This document shows positions 1-10,780 of a stretch of DNA of 64,000 bases, in pieces. The DNA is from Acidobacteriota bacterium. Its GTDB lineage: Bacteria; Acidobacteriota; UBA6911; RPQK01; JADFOI01. The DNA lies in the NCBI GenBank assembly GCA_963663035.1, contig OY760074.1, forward strand, positions 1,184,001 to 1,248,000, in the 5' to 3' direction. A program made the translations under genes and the position numbers. Below the pieces are notes generated by a model. It saw only the letters and a program-made list of their open reading frames with translations, ran no database searches and had not been told where the DNA came from. Within the stretch, counting starts at the first letter, position 1, and every line of letters starts with the position of its first letter.

Positions 1-2
1 TG

Positions 3-3000
3 ATGGTAAGGCAGCGGCAGGGGATCCACACCCTGTTGCGATTCTTGGTGGTGTTGCTGTTCTGTGGCAGCTGGGTCCTTCCGGCAGGCACCCAGTACGC
101 CGTAGTGGTGGGTATCTCTACCTTCCGCAACCTTCCTGAGCAAGCCTGGTTGGAGTTCGCCCATTCCGATGCGCGCGTCTATGCCGACTTCTTAAAGAGC
201 CGCTATGTGCGAATACCTCCCGAGAACGTCACCACCCTGCTCAACGAAGATGCCACCACGGTCAAGCTCAAGAGTGCTCTGGGAGAACTGCTGAAGAAGT
301 CCACTGAGGAGGACATTGTTTACATCTATATTGCCAGCCACGGGACCGTGGATCTGGATTTGAACGAGGCCTTCTTTGTCACCTATGACACGGATCCTGA
401 GAATCTCTATGGAACGGCCTACCGGATGAGCGAGTTTCAGTATATTACCAACCAGGTCAAGGCCAAGCACCTGATCGTGATTTCCGACGCCTGTAAGAGC
501 GGGGGTATCGGGGCCAGCATCTCTGGAAGCCGTCGAGACATCGGGGAAGACGAGGTGGTGGTCAACGAGTACTTTCGAGATATCCTGGAAGAGAATGAGG
601 GTGTGGGGAAATCTCAATTTATCTACGCGGCTGCGGGAGCGCGAGAATCCTCCATCGAGGATGGCGCCCTGGGAGGCGGAGTCTTTACCAAGTACCTGAT
701 CGAAGCCCTTCAGGGAGCCGCTGACAACAACCAGGACGGGAATATAACGGCTGCCGAAGCCCACGATTATGTTTTCAACCATGTCCGTCAATTTACCCGG
801 GGCCGCCAGAATCCCATGATCGTCAACAGTGCCCAGTACGATGGGAATCTGGTGCTGGCCGTGACCGAGCCTGGGGCAGAGGTGGGGCGGCTGCTTGAAC
901 CGGATGTTCCAGGGACGGATCGCGACCTACTTGTGACTCCTCCGCCTGCTGACCCACGACCCGTAGCAGCTGATTCTTTTTCATCGACTCCCACCCCGCT
1001 ACCCTCAGCTGCCACATCCGGATTCGGCAGCCTGTTGGTAGAAAGCCCTTTGGAAGGGGTGGCAATACTCATCAACGGGAACCGAGCCGGTGTTCTGCAA
1101 GGACAACCCCTTTTGGTCACGCTGCCGGCGGGTGATTATCGCTTGAAAGCTGACAAAGCTGACCATGAGACCCTGGAGGAGCCCATCTCGATCCAGCCCA
1201 ATCAGCAGCTCAACCGGGTGATCCAGCTGCGGCCCCTCTTTGACCCCCAGTTCAAAGAAGTGGAAAACAAGTTTCTGGATGCGCGGGGTGTCTACTGGGA
1301 CGAAGACCCGGCCAAGGCCGAGCAGTTGTTCCAGGAGGTTTTTGATACCTTGCTGGAGTGGGGACAGACCAGAGCCCTGAGCCTGGAAGAGGATGAGTAC
1401 CTGGTGGATTCTTTTATTCACCATACCAATCTTCAAATGGCCGGGGACAAGGGAGTGCAAACGCTGGAGTCATGGATAGAGAAGTTTTTTACAGTCCACA
1501 TCCTGTTGCCCGGTGCTGACCAGTTCAATGAACCGGAACGCTACCTGGAGGTGGTCCGCGAGCATGCTGTTGAGTTCATCGTCAACAGTCAGGTGCCCGA
1601 GGCCCGCTTGACCATTGATGCGTTACCGGAGAAGAAAATTCAAGGAGAGGAGCACTTTTTCATCAAACCGGGACGTCACCAGATCCGGATGAGCAAAGAC
1701 AACTATAGACCCTTTGAGACCGTCATTGATTTTCTTCCCGATGTGCAATACAGCCCCTTGATCTATGAGGGATATCTGCAGCGCCTGCAGGTTCTGGCCT
1801 TGAGCGAACATCCGCTGACGGCCACGGTCAACCGCTTATCGGAGGTCGAGGCGCGCCCTCTGGAACCCTTGCTTTCCGAACTCAATCCCAAGATCCGCCA
1901 GGAGGTGCAGCAGCGTGTCTCGGCCAGCGGTCTGAATGCTTCACGTCTTTCGGCCGTCTATTTTGACCAGATCAATCCCAACACCAATCGGCTGGTGTTG
2001 GACTTCTCTCGGCCTGGATATGAAGAAAAGAGCTACGAAGTGGCTTTGGACCAGGATGTTTTGGACGGCATCCACTTGCTGGATGGCTACTGGGTCATGG
2101 AAGAGGTGGTGCGATTGGAGCCCATGATCGGTCATTTGAGCATTGTCTCGACCCCTCCCGGAGCCGAGGTCCTGCTGAACCGCCAGGAGATTGGGACCAC
2201 TCCCTTTGATGGGGACGTTCCCGTGGGCGACTATGAGATCAAGGTCAGCCACCCGATCGCAGGCACCTATCTGGAGAGCCTCACCGTGGACCGGGATCAA
2301 AGTTATACCATTGAAGCCCAGCTGAAACCCGTGCTGGTCTATGTCGGAGTGCTTCCCAGTCCAGAAGTGGACTCCGAGAAACTGGGCGATCTCAATGAGG
2401 AACTTTCCCAGCAGATCCAGGCACGACTGGAGAGCTATCTGCTGGATATTCAGCCGGCGGCCCGTTACGAGTTTTGGGATCAGTTCCTGGAGATGCTCGG
2501 CGACGGGATCCAGGAAGGAGAGATGGAGGGTGCCATGAGGCACCTGGACATTATCTCAGAGCGCTTTGACAGCCGACTGATTCTCTTTGGCGCCTTTCGC
2601 ACCTTGAATGAATATCTGGCCAATCGTCTCAGCCTTTTCTTGATCAACGTGACCAACCCCCGTCCCAATATCTGGGAAGTCAATTCCCGCACCTTCAACG
2701 AGATGGACTCTGTGGTGGACCTGATCAACTACGCTCCCCAGGTGGAGGAGCAGTTTTTTCGCAACTGGACGGGCCTCAAGGTTTTAGACACACAGGTGAC
2801 GGGACATGAGTTAGTGGTGATCGATGTCTATGCCGGCTCTCCGGCGGAGATGGCGGGTTTGAGCAAGGGGGATGTGATTGAATCCGTGGATGGCGAGAGA
2901 GTGGATGCTTTGGGCCTCTATGAAGCGATCAGCAGGAAGAAGCCCGAAGAGGAAATTGTGCCCTGGCAACCCTGACGGGAACGAGTCGGGTCACCATCCA

Positions 3001-3373
3001 GGAGAGCCCGGCAGTCATGAGTTCCAAAGACCTTCTCAACAACTCCACCATGGTTGCGCTGGAAGCTGCTTTGGAGCGCTACCCGGAAGACTCCCTAAAG
3101 CACCAGCTGGCCCTCCTTCACATCGGAATCGGCCATATGAATTTCGAAAACTGGCACTTGGCCATCGAAGGCCTCAATGCCCTGGATCAGACACAGATCT
3201 CCCCCGGTTATGTGTCCTACCTGCTGGGTCGCTGCTTCGAAGCTTTAGACGAACAAGAGCAGGCGATTCTCTACTATGAACAAGCCCAGGCGGCCGACAG
3301 CAGGGTTCTGGGTTTCGAGTATGCTGATTCCGGGGCCCAACTGGCCGAGTGGCGGCTCAGAGCTATACGGTAG
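3..3373 (+). CDS. Secreted caspase-family (peptidase C14) protein with PEGA repeats, PDZ-like domain and C-terminal TPR; split by an apparent 1-bp frameshift near 2960 (ORFs 3..2975 and 3017..3373)
   Basis: Signal-like N-terminus; catalytic His (ASHGT) and Cys (SDACKSG); 'GVFTKYLIEALQGAAD' motif; PEGA-like 'STPPGAEVLLN..IGTTP'; PDZ-like 'GSPAEMAGLSKGDVI'. An alternative frame from ~2963 reads LATLTGTSRVTIQESPAV straight into the TPR ORF. Confidence 0.85.
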
Positions 3374-3583
3374 CCGGTATTATGCATAGATTGTCTACTG
3401 CAGTGCCACAATCATCCACGCTGACTGCGTTGTGCGACCCGCACATGCGGGTACCCCTTGGGCTCCTCGGCGTACTACATGAGTACGCCTGCGGGGCCCG
3501 ACCCGCAAGCGGGTGCCCTCACACGCCTTGTCATCGCGGCGCCTGCGGCACTTCGTCACGAAAACCTATGCATAATCCCGGCT
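3372..3583. mobile_element. MITE-like element (~210 bp) with 18-bp terminal inverted repeats and internal hairpins
   Basis: agccggtattatgcatag (3372-3389) vs ctatgcataatcccggct (3566-3583), 17/18 inverted match; internal palindromes acccgcacatgcgggt, ggcgtactacatgagtacgcc, acccgcaagcgggt; TAG on both sides. Confidence 0.8.
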
Positions 3584-3596
3584 TAGGAGGTCAACC

Positions 3597-5066
3597 ATGA
3601 GAAAATCCCTGCTTTTCCGTTCCCTGCCAGTCCTGTTGATCCTGCCCTTCTTACTTTGGTCCAATCTTGTGTATTCTCAAACGGCCCGCCGGGCCCTGAA
3701 TACTGCGATAGGGATGGAAGAGGAAGGCAACCACGAGCAGGCCCTGAGTATCTATGAGCGCTTGATCGATGGAGATCAAGACGAGGAGGTCACCTTACTG
3801 GCCAGGATTCGAGCCGGCACGATTTATCTGAATCAGAAACAGGACTATGCTCAAGCAGAGCAGTTTTTTGAGAGCGTGGTGTCCCACGTCGAGTATTCGG
3901 AGCTGGCCTCTGAAGCCCTCTTCAACCTGGGCAAAATTCGTTATCAGCAGGCTCGTACCGTGGAAGAGATTCAGGATGCTCTTGGCGAATTCCGGCAGGC
4001 CATTGAAATCTATGGAGACACCTCGGCGGCCCTGGATTCCCTCATGTTTGCAGGTATGATTGAGGAAAACATGAACAACCTCTCACGGGCCGTCTTTTAC
4101 TATCAGACTGCTTTCTACCAGTACCCGGAAAGTGAATTGGCCTCCCAGGCTCAGTTCAGGTTGGCCCGATGCTACATGTTGATGGGATCGATCGGGGAAG
4201 CCCTGGAAGAGCTGCAGAAGGTTCGACTCAATTATCCCCAATCCCCCGAAGCCCGGCTGAGTCTGGATGCTTCCTCCAGCATCTATCGTCTCTTCTACTC
4301 AAACAAAATCACGGAGCTCTATCGTCAAAGCGCCATCACCACGCCACAACTGGATAACCCCACTCAAATTGAGTTCGTCTCAGACGGCAATCTTTTGCTC
4401 CTGGACAAGAACAGAGTCCTCACCATAGGAGTGGATGAGAAAACCGTAAACGCCGGCCGAAGCAACAGCGCCAGCATCTTTGTGGATAGAGAGGGTAGGG
4501 TGCACAACGTGACCGACCGTGCTATCCGGAGTGGCGCGCAAAACATCCTGGTCCAGTTTCAGGACAAGGATGATCTCAAGGTCTTTGACAAGATCAAAAC
4601 TTTTGTCCAGAACTCGTTTGGAGAAGGGTATGTGGCGGGAGACAAAGAGGGAATTTGGGGACTTCAGCTGCAAGGCCGCAACTTTCTAGCTGTTCCCCTG
4701 CCTGGGGCTAGGATTGGCAAGGTCGCTCGTCTTCGCGTGGACAGCCGTGGTGCTCTATATGCGCTGGACCAGGATCGCCGGCTTTTGAACATCGTGGATC
4801 GCGACGGCACCTTGCTCAAGCAGATCAATGCCAAGAGCTACGGGATTGACCGCATCCAGGACTTTACCATCGACTTTTTCGATAATCTCTACTTGCTCAA
4901 CAGAGATGGCGGATTTGTCGTGCTACAGAATCTGTACAGTGCCGAAGACAAACTCGCAGCATTGGCCCGAGTTCCGACCACCGTGAAGAAACCCAAAACG
5001 ATCGGTGTGGATCATGCGGGTCGGGTCTACGTCGCTGGAGAAAAAAATCTCGAGAGTTTCAGCTGA
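3597..5066 (+). CDS. Secreted TPR-repeat protein with C-terminal NHL/beta-propeller-like region
   Basis: RBS aggagg; signal peptide; repeated TPR helices (ALFNLGKIRY, AQFRLARCY); C-terminal 'VDSRGALYALD', 'GVDHAGRVYVA' repeats. Confidence 0.8.
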   Translation: MRKSLLFRSLPVLLILPFLLWSNLVYSQTARRALNTAIGMEEEGNHEQALSIYERLIDGDQDEEVTLLARIRAGTIYLNQKQDYAQAEQFFESVVSHVEYSELASEALFNLGKIRYQQARTVEEIQDALGEFRQAIEIYGDTSAALDSLMFAGMIEENMNNLSRAVFYYQTAFYQYPESELASQAQFRLARCYMLMGSIGEALEELQKVRLNYPQSPEARLSLDASSSIYRLFYSNKITELYRQSAITTPQLDNPTQIEFVSDGNLLLLDKNRVLTIGVDEKTVNAGRSNSASIFVDREGRVHNVTDRAIRSGAQNILVQFQDKDDLKVFDKIKTFVQNSFGEGYVAGDKEGIWGLQLQGRNFLAVPLPGARIGKVARLRVDSRGALYALDQDRRLLNIVDRDGTLLKQINAKSYGIDRIQDFTIDFFDNLYLLNRDGGFVVLQNLYSAEDKLAALARVPTTVKKPKTIGVDHAGRVYVAGEKNLESFS

Positions 5067-5073
5067 GGAATCG

Positions 5074-5907
5074 ATGACCATGACTCTCATGATGTCCAAG
5101 AAGTTAGCCGGTCTTCTGGTGCTCTTGTGCTGCTGGGCAAGTCCTTTTGCTCAACAGGAAGAAGAGGATGTGTATCAGAGTGCCAAGGGATTATTCTATG
5201 CCGGTTACCTGGCAACGCCTCCCCCACCCCAGGAGCAATCCATACGGGACCAGGAGCAATCCACACCGGCCCGGGAGCAATCCGCACCAACTGAGGCGCC
5301 TGTGCCTATTTTGAATACCAACATCAGCCAACTGCAGGAATATATGGGAATCCGCTACCGCATCACCCAACTCCTGGAGGACTGTGAGCAAGTGCCCTTG
5401 GATGCCAATTCCACCTTTCACGCCGGGGATCAGATTCGGCTTTCTCTGGAAAGCAATGCAGACGGGTATCTGTATATCCTCAACCAGGGCACAAGCGGTT
5501 CCTGGAACTATATCTTTCCCCATCTCACCATCAACAGCGGTGACAACTTCATTCGCAAGGGAGTGGAGTACACGATTCCCCCACGTTCCTGGCTGCGTTT
5601 TGATGAAAATCCGGGTGATGACGTGCTGATCATCTTGCTCAGCAAAATTCGTCTGGATCCGTTTGAAAGCGGGATTATTCGCCAGCGGCGGGCCTCTTCC
5701 CAGCAGCCGTTGACTGCCGAACTCATCAGCGAACTCAACGATCACATCAAGACGAGAGACCTGGTTTTTGCCGAGGAATATGCTCCCGTGCAGCATCAAA
5801 CCATTGACAAGGCCCAGATACAGAATGTGTATGCGGTGAACCAGAACCCGGACTCCTATTTTGTGACTCAGCTGGTTCTTCGGCATCTTCCACCCGCTGA
5901 CCGATAA
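5074..5907 (+). CDS. DUF4384-like domain secreted protein
   Basis: Signal peptide; 'FHAGDQIRLSLESNADGYLYILNQGTSGSWNYIFP' and 'RFDENPGDD' resemble DUF4384. Confidence 0.75.
   Translation: MTMTLMMSKKLAGLLVLLCCWASPFAQQEEEDVYQSAKGLFYAGYLATPPPPQEQSIRDQEQSTPAREQSAPTEAPVPILNTNISQLQEYMGIRYRITQLLEDCEQVPLDANSTFHAGDQIRLSLESNADGYLYILNQGTSGSWNYIFPHLTINSGDNFIRKGVEYTIPPRSWLRFDENPGDDVLIILLSKIRLDPFESGIIRQRRASSQQPLTAELISELNDHIKTRDLVFAEEYAPVQHQTIDKAQIQNVYAVNQNPDSYFVTQLVLRHLPPADR
5230..5292 (+). repeat. 3 x 21-bp coding tandem repeat (QEQSIRD/QEQSTPA/REQSAPT)
   Basis: caggagcaatccatacgggac / caggagcaatccacaccggcc / cgggagcaatccgcaccaact. Confidence 0.85.
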
Positions 5908-5957
5908 TCTTTCTTAGTGCTTCCTTCACTGATTGACCGAACGAGGTCCGACCTGCA

Positions 5958-7058
5958 ATGGAAACCAACAAGCTTTTAGAGCACTGGCAAGACGAAGGGG
6001 ATTTTCGCTTTCTTTACCAGCAGTTGGCGGAAAGCGACAAGGATCCGGAGCGGAAAGGCTTCTTCGCTGAGATGGCTGCCATCGAGCAGCGCCACCAGGA
6101 CGTCTTTGCTGAATTGCTGGAGAAGCAGGGTGTTCCCTTACCCAACTTTTCTCCGGTGCTGCGGGTGCGTCTGTTGGCCCTGATAGGGAGGGTCTGGGGG
6201 GTCGATGTGATGCTGCCTGCGATTATTCGGTCCGAAGCCAGCGAGACACGGGAGTTTCTCCGAGAGAGCATCTCCTCAGAGGGAAAGATGAAAGAGGTTG
6301 TCCGTCAGCTGGCCCGCGAGAGTGGTGAACACGCTCAGGAACTGATGAAGTTGGGGGACTTTAGCGGTGAGCCCTGGCACCGTGTCAGCAGTGGAGGGTT
6401 CCTGCGCAATGTGATTTATGGATTCAACGATGGGCTTACAGCCAATTTCGGTCTGGTTATGGCTGTGATTGGAGCCCAGGTGGGGCACCAGGTGGTTCTG
6501 GTTTCGGGGTTGGCCGGCATGATTGCGGATTCGCTCTCCATGGGCGCCAGCGGATATCTTGCCTCAAAAAGCGAGCAGGAAGTCTATGCCAATGAGATTC
6601 GCATGGAAGAGGAAGAGCTCGAATTAATGCCTGAACTGGAAAAAGAGGAATTTGTGACCCTCTATCAGCTGCAAGGGTTGGATGCGGAGTCGGCCCGTCA
6701 GCGTGCGGAAGCTGTCATGGCCAACAAACCACAGGCCTTGGAGGAGATGGTTCGACTCGAGCTTGGTTTAAACCCCAATCAAGCCATGTCACCCTTGAAG
6801 GAAGGGTGGATTACCGGGCTGGCGACGGCCGTGGGAGCGCTGATACCGATCCTTCCTTTTCTCTTCTGGCAAGGAACGGTGGCGCTTGCGAGCAGTATCG
6901 TGATCAGCATGCTCAGCCATTTTTTGGTGGGTGCGGGCCGCAGCGTCTTTACCGGCCGCAGTGTGATCCGAAGCGGGATTGACATGTTCCTGGTGGGACT
7001 CGGAGTAGCGGCTGTCGGCTATTTCTTCGGGGATATATTTGTGCGCCTTTTCTCGTAA
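5958..7058 (+). CDS. Rubrerythrin/ferritin-like domain fused to VIT1/CCC1 iron transporter (MbfA-like architecture)
   Basis: N-terminal ExxH motifs (EQRH, ESGEH); 'LRNVIYGFNDGL', 'SLSMGASGYLASKSE' VIT1 motifs. Confidence 0.85.
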   Translation: METNKLLEHWQDEGDFRFLYQQLAESDKDPERKGFFAEMAAIEQRHQDVFAELLEKQGVPLPNFSPVLRVRLLALIGRVWGVDVMLPAIIRSEASETREFLRESISSEGKMKEVVRQLARESGEHAQELMKLGDFSGEPWHRVSSGGFLRNVIYGFNDGLTANFGLVMAVIGAQVGHQVVLVSGLAGMIADSLSMGASGYLASKSEQEVYANEIRMEEEELELMPELEKEEFVTLYQLQGLDAESARQRAEAVMANKPQALEEMVRLELGLNPNQAMSPLKEGWITGLATAVGALIPILPFLFWQGTVALASSIVISMLSHFLVGAGRSVFTGRSVIRSGIDMFLVGLGVAAVGYFFGDIFVRLFS

Positions 7059-7202
7059 AAGATATTCGTAAGAGAGCAGATTCCTGGATTGTGATGTCGT
7101 AGAGGACATGTTAGTATGCGAGGTTAAGTTCACGAGAATCGGTCTCATGAAGCACCAAACACTGTCTGTTAGGTCTCGCATCATTAACATAAGGAGGGCG
7201 CG

Positions 7203-7670
7203 ATGAAAGAGCGTATTACTCTGAACGTCAACAATGAGTCTTACGACGTCGAAGTAGAGCCGGATATGCCGCTGCTCTACGCGCTGCGAAATGACCTGGA
7301 GCTGACGGGAGTCAAATTCGGCTGCGGATTGGCCCAGTGTGGGGCCTGTACGGTCATCATGGAAGGCAGAGCCATTCGGTCTTGCATGACACCAGTGCGA
7401 TCTGCCCAGGGTCGTGAAATCCGAACCATCGAAGGCCTGGGAACCGCTGAGCAGCCTCATCCTGTGCAGCAGGCATTTATCGAGGAGCAGGTGCCCCAGT
7501 GTGGCCTCTGTCTGAGCGGTTGGCTCATGACGTCGGTTGCGCTTCTGGAAGCCAATCCGAACCGGAACGATGCTGAGATTCGGCGGGGGCTTGCCGGCCT
7601 CAAGTGCCGCTGTGGCACACACATGTCGATTCTCCGAGCGGTCAACAAAGCAGCCAAGGCAATGGCTTGA
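7203..7670 (+). CDS. (2Fe-2S) small subunit of xanthine-oxidase-family oxidoreductase (IorA/CoxS-like)
   Basis: GCGLAQCGACTV, QCGLC, CRCG motifs. Confidence 0.93.
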   Translation: MKERITLNVNNESYDVEVEPDMPLLYALRNDLELTGVKFGCGLAQCGACTVIMEGRAIRSCMTPVRSAQGREIRTIEGLGTAEQPHPVQQAFIEEQVPQCGLCLSGWLMTSVALLEANPNRNDAEIRRGLAGLKCRCGTHMSILRAVNKAAKAMA

Positions 7671-7682
7671 GGAGGGATACAA

Positions 7683-9983
7683 ATGACTAAGCAAGCGAGC
7701 TTTCAAATGACGCGTCGTGACCTGCTCAAGGGCGGCGGAGCTTTGGTGATCTCTTTTGGGATTCCGGCATGCGCTCTCTCGGCGAACCAGGGAGGCGCTT
7801 CACCTTCGCGGCCACCCTTTACACCTGACCAGCTGGATAGCTTTCTGAGCATTGGAGCAGATGGCAAGGTGACCGTATTCTTTGGCAAGATGGACATGGG
7901 CCAGGGAGTCGACACTGCGCTTGCCCAAATCGTGGCCGACGAGCTGGATATGCCCTTTGAGAGCGTCGGGGTGGTGATGTGTGACACGGCCCTGACACTC
8001 GACCAAGGAGGCGCCAGCGGCAGCTCGGCGATGTCCAGTGGTGCCTCCCCGCACCGAAATGCCGCAGCCGAGGCGCGCAGAGTCCTGCTCGATTGGGCTT
8101 CTGAGCACTTCAATGTACCTGCCGAGAGGTTGACAGTGACCGACGGCGTTATCTCGGTAGAGGGTAACCCATCTGACACCCTGACTTTCCAGGAGCTAAT
8201 CGGTGGAAAGTATTTCCATGTGACCCTGGAATGGAATGAGCGTTATGGCAATGGGCTCAACGCCACCGGCCAGGCCAAGCCGAAAACTCCTGATCAGTAC
8301 AACATCGTCGGCAAACCGATACCACGCCTCGACGTGCCTGGAAAAGTCCTGGGACAAACCACCTATTGCACGGACATAAAGGTACCGGGGATGGGCCACG
8401 GCCGGGTCATTCGACCGCCCGTTGCGGGCGCTTCGCCAACCGGCTTCGACCTGAATTCAATCAGCCATATACCCGACGTAGAGGTCGTACGCGTCAAGGA
8501 CTTCATCGGAGTGGTGGCTGAAGAGGAATGGAGTGCTATCCAGGCAGCCGAGCAACTCAAGGTGACTTGGTCGCAAGTTGAACCACCCTTTCCCGAGATG
8601 GAAGATCTTTACGATTACATCCGACGTACGCCCGTTATAGAGGAGAGTGAGCCTCGGGGTGTCGATCGGAACACCCCCGTTGACGTAGCAGCCATCGACA
8701 GGGCATTGGAGGGTGCGGCCCGGGTTATCGAAGCGGAATATGAGCATCCCTTTCAGTCACACGCCAGCATGGGGCCTGCCTGCGCAGTGGTCGACGCCCA
8801 GCCCGACAAGGCATCCGTTTGGACGGGTTCACAAAAGGCCCACATGACGCGCAACGGCGTGGCCAAAATCCTGGGACTTCCCACAGAGAATGTGCGCGGC
8901 ATCTGGAACCCGGGTCCGGGCTCCTACGGCCGCAACGACGCCGGCGATGGTGCCATGGATGCCGCAGTGCTGTCCAAAGAGACGGGCCGGCCGGTCCGTG
9001 TCCAGGGTATGCGCCATGAAGGGCACGGCTGGGATCCTAAGGGCCCGGCCTCGGTCATCACTCTTCGCGCCGGCCTCGATGCTGAGGGCAACGTTATCGC
9101 CCACACCTTCAAGGCAAAGGGTTTCTCTGCCTGGGACGTCCGTTCCAACGAGAGCGATCCGGGCGACACATTAGCTGGCTTGATGATCGGTTTTCCCAAG
9201 AAAACACGTTTTAATTATGGTGTACCCTCCGAGTCTTACGACTTCCCCAACAAAATGAAGTTCTGGCAAAACATTCCTCCATTTCTGGAGAAGGCTTCAC
9301 CCCTGCGGACAGCCCATTTTCGAGATCCCCAGGGCCCGCAGATCCACTTTGCCAGCGAGAGTTTCATTGACGAGATGGCGGCAGCCGTGGGTCAGGATCC
9401 TGTCGAGTTCCGTCTGAAGTATCTCACCAATGATCGCGATATAGCCGTCGTCAAGGCGGCTGCTCAGGAAGCCGGCTGGGAGTCGCGGACCTCCCCCAAT
9501 CCTAATGCAAGGAGTGGGGAAGTATTGACAGGCCGGGGTTTGGCCTACGCTTCGCGAGGCGGTACCACTGTTGCTGTTATTGCAGAAGTTGAAGTGAACC
9601 GCCAGAGCGGCCAGGTCTGGGCGAAGCGATTTGTGGTGGCCCATGACTGCGGTTTGATCATTAACCCAGATGGTTTGAAAAGAACCGTCGAGGGGAATGT
9701 CATCCAGGCCTTGAGTCGGGCTCTCAAGGAGGAAGTGAAGTTCGACCGCAACAACGTGACCAGTATCGACTGGGTTGGCTATCCCATTGCCGAGTCCACC
9801 GATATACCCGAAGCGATTGACGTTGTGATGATTAACAGGCCCGAGGTTCGGCCCACTGGTGCCGGGGAACCGACGACTCGGTCAGTTGCGGCGGCGATTG
9901 CCAACGCGATTTTTGACGCGACCGGCGCTCGCGTGCGCAGAATTCCCTTTACACCGGAACGGGTCAAGGCGAGCATGGCCTAA
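7683..9983 (+). CDS. Molybdopterin-binding large subunit, isoquinoline 1-oxidoreductase beta-like, Tat-like leader
   Basis: TRRDLLKGG leader; 'DMGQG', 'AHDCGLIINPDG', 'GAGEP', 'ANAIFDATGARVR'. Confidence 0.92.
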   Translation: MTKQASFQMTRRDLLKGGGALVISFGIPACALSANQGGASPSRPPFTPDQLDSFLSIGADGKVTVFFGKMDMGQGVDTALAQIVADELDMPFESVGVVMCDTALTLDQGGASGSSAMSSGASPHRNAAAEARRVLLDWASEHFNVPAERLTVTDGVISVEGNPSDTLTFQELIGGKYFHVTLEWNERYGNGLNATGQAKPKTPDQYNIVGKPIPRLDVPGKVLGQTTYCTDIKVPGMGHGRVIRPPVAGASPTGFDLNSISHIPDVEVVRVKDFIGVVAEEEWSAIQAAEQLKVTWSQVEPPFPEMEDLYDYIRRTPVIEESEPRGVDRNTPVDVAAIDRALEGAARVIEAEYEHPFQSHASMGPACAVVDAQPDKASVWTGSQKAHMTRNGVAKILGLPTENVRGIWNPGPGSYGRNDAGDGAMDAAVLSKETGRPVRVQGMRHEGHGWDPKGPASVITLRAGLDAEGNVIAHTFKAKGFSAWDVRSNESDPGDTLAGLMIGFPKKTRFNYGVPSESYDFPNKMKFWQNIPPFLEKASPLRTAHFRDPQGPQIHFASESFIDEMAAAVGQDPVEFRLKYLTNDRDIAVVKAAAQEAGWESRTSPNPNARSGEVLTGRGLAYASRGGTTVAVIAEVEVNRQSGQVWAKRFVVAHDCGLIINPDGLKRTVEGNVIQALSRALKEEVKFDRNNVTSIDWVGYPIAESTDIPEAIDVVMINRPEVRPTGAGEPTTRSVAAAIANAIFDATGARVRRIPFTPERVKASMA

Positions 9984-9997
9984 GTTGGCCGGACTGA

Positions 9998-10726
9998 TCA
10001 GAGTGGCTTGGCCACAACCAGAAGAATGTTCTTCAGCTTCGGCATGAGTGAGCCGATCGAGCGTATGACGACGGCTCCCAGAAAGCCGATCACTCCTCCA
10101 GGAGAGACCCGGCCAGGAAAGATAATCTGCTTGTCGCAAATTTGATAGCCACTTTTTTGTAGGATTGCTTCCAGCTCATCCATACAGAAAAGGCGGTGGT
10201 GTCCATAATGATAGGGGTCTCCGCCCACGGTCATTGGTGTCTCATAGGTTAGCGAATCTCCCCGGCCGAGAATGCGCTTGATTCGGTTGACCGCGGACTG
10301 GCGATTCGGGGTCGTCACGATCAACAACCCGTCCTCTTTCAAGAGACGACGAATCTTTTTGAGTGTTCCAACCGGATCAGAAGTGAAGTGCTCAATCACT
10401 TCAGCCAGCACGACAACATCGAAGTTCTCATTCTCAAACGGCAATTCGTGAGACTCCACATTGAGATTGAGCAGGGGAATCTGAAATTGGCTACAGACCT
10501 GCTCGGCCACCTTTCCGTAAAAGAAATCCACAGCAGACACTCGGTGACCTGCTTGCTTCATGGCTGCCGCCAGGAACCCATACCCCACTCCAATGTCGAG
10601 AATAGTGAGGGGAGTGTCCTTGGGAAGGCTCTCCCAGATCTTGCGATAGCGGGCAGCATGGCGGCGAAAGTAAGACTGGCCGTGGGGGATCTGAGCAGCG
10701 ATCTCCCTTAGATTCATTTCAGTCAC
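9998..10726 (-). CDS. Class I SAM-dependent methyltransferase
   Basis: ILDIGVGYG motif I; 'FDVVVLAEVIEH'; 'GLLIVTTPN'. Confidence 0.9.
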   Translation of the reverse strand: MTEMNLREIAAQIPHGQSYFRRHAARYRKIWESLPKDTPLTILDIGVGYGFLAAAMKQAGHRVSAVDFFYGKVAEQVCSQFQIPLLNLNVESHELPFENENFDVVVLAEVIEHFTSDPVGTLKKIRRLLKEDGLLIVTTPNRQSAVNRIKRILGRGDSLTYETPMTVGGDPYHYGHHRLFCMDELEAILQKSGYQICDKQIIFPGRVSPGGVIGFLGAVVIRSIGSLMPKLKNILLVVAKPL

Positions 10727-10780
10727 TCTTCAATGGTATGAGTCCTTTGTCTTGAAGAGCAATAGTCAGTTTCCCCAACC

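Noticed and set aside
2955-2980. Programmed frameshift in the caspase gene
   Set aside because: No slippery heptamer seen; a one-base loss is the simpler explanation.
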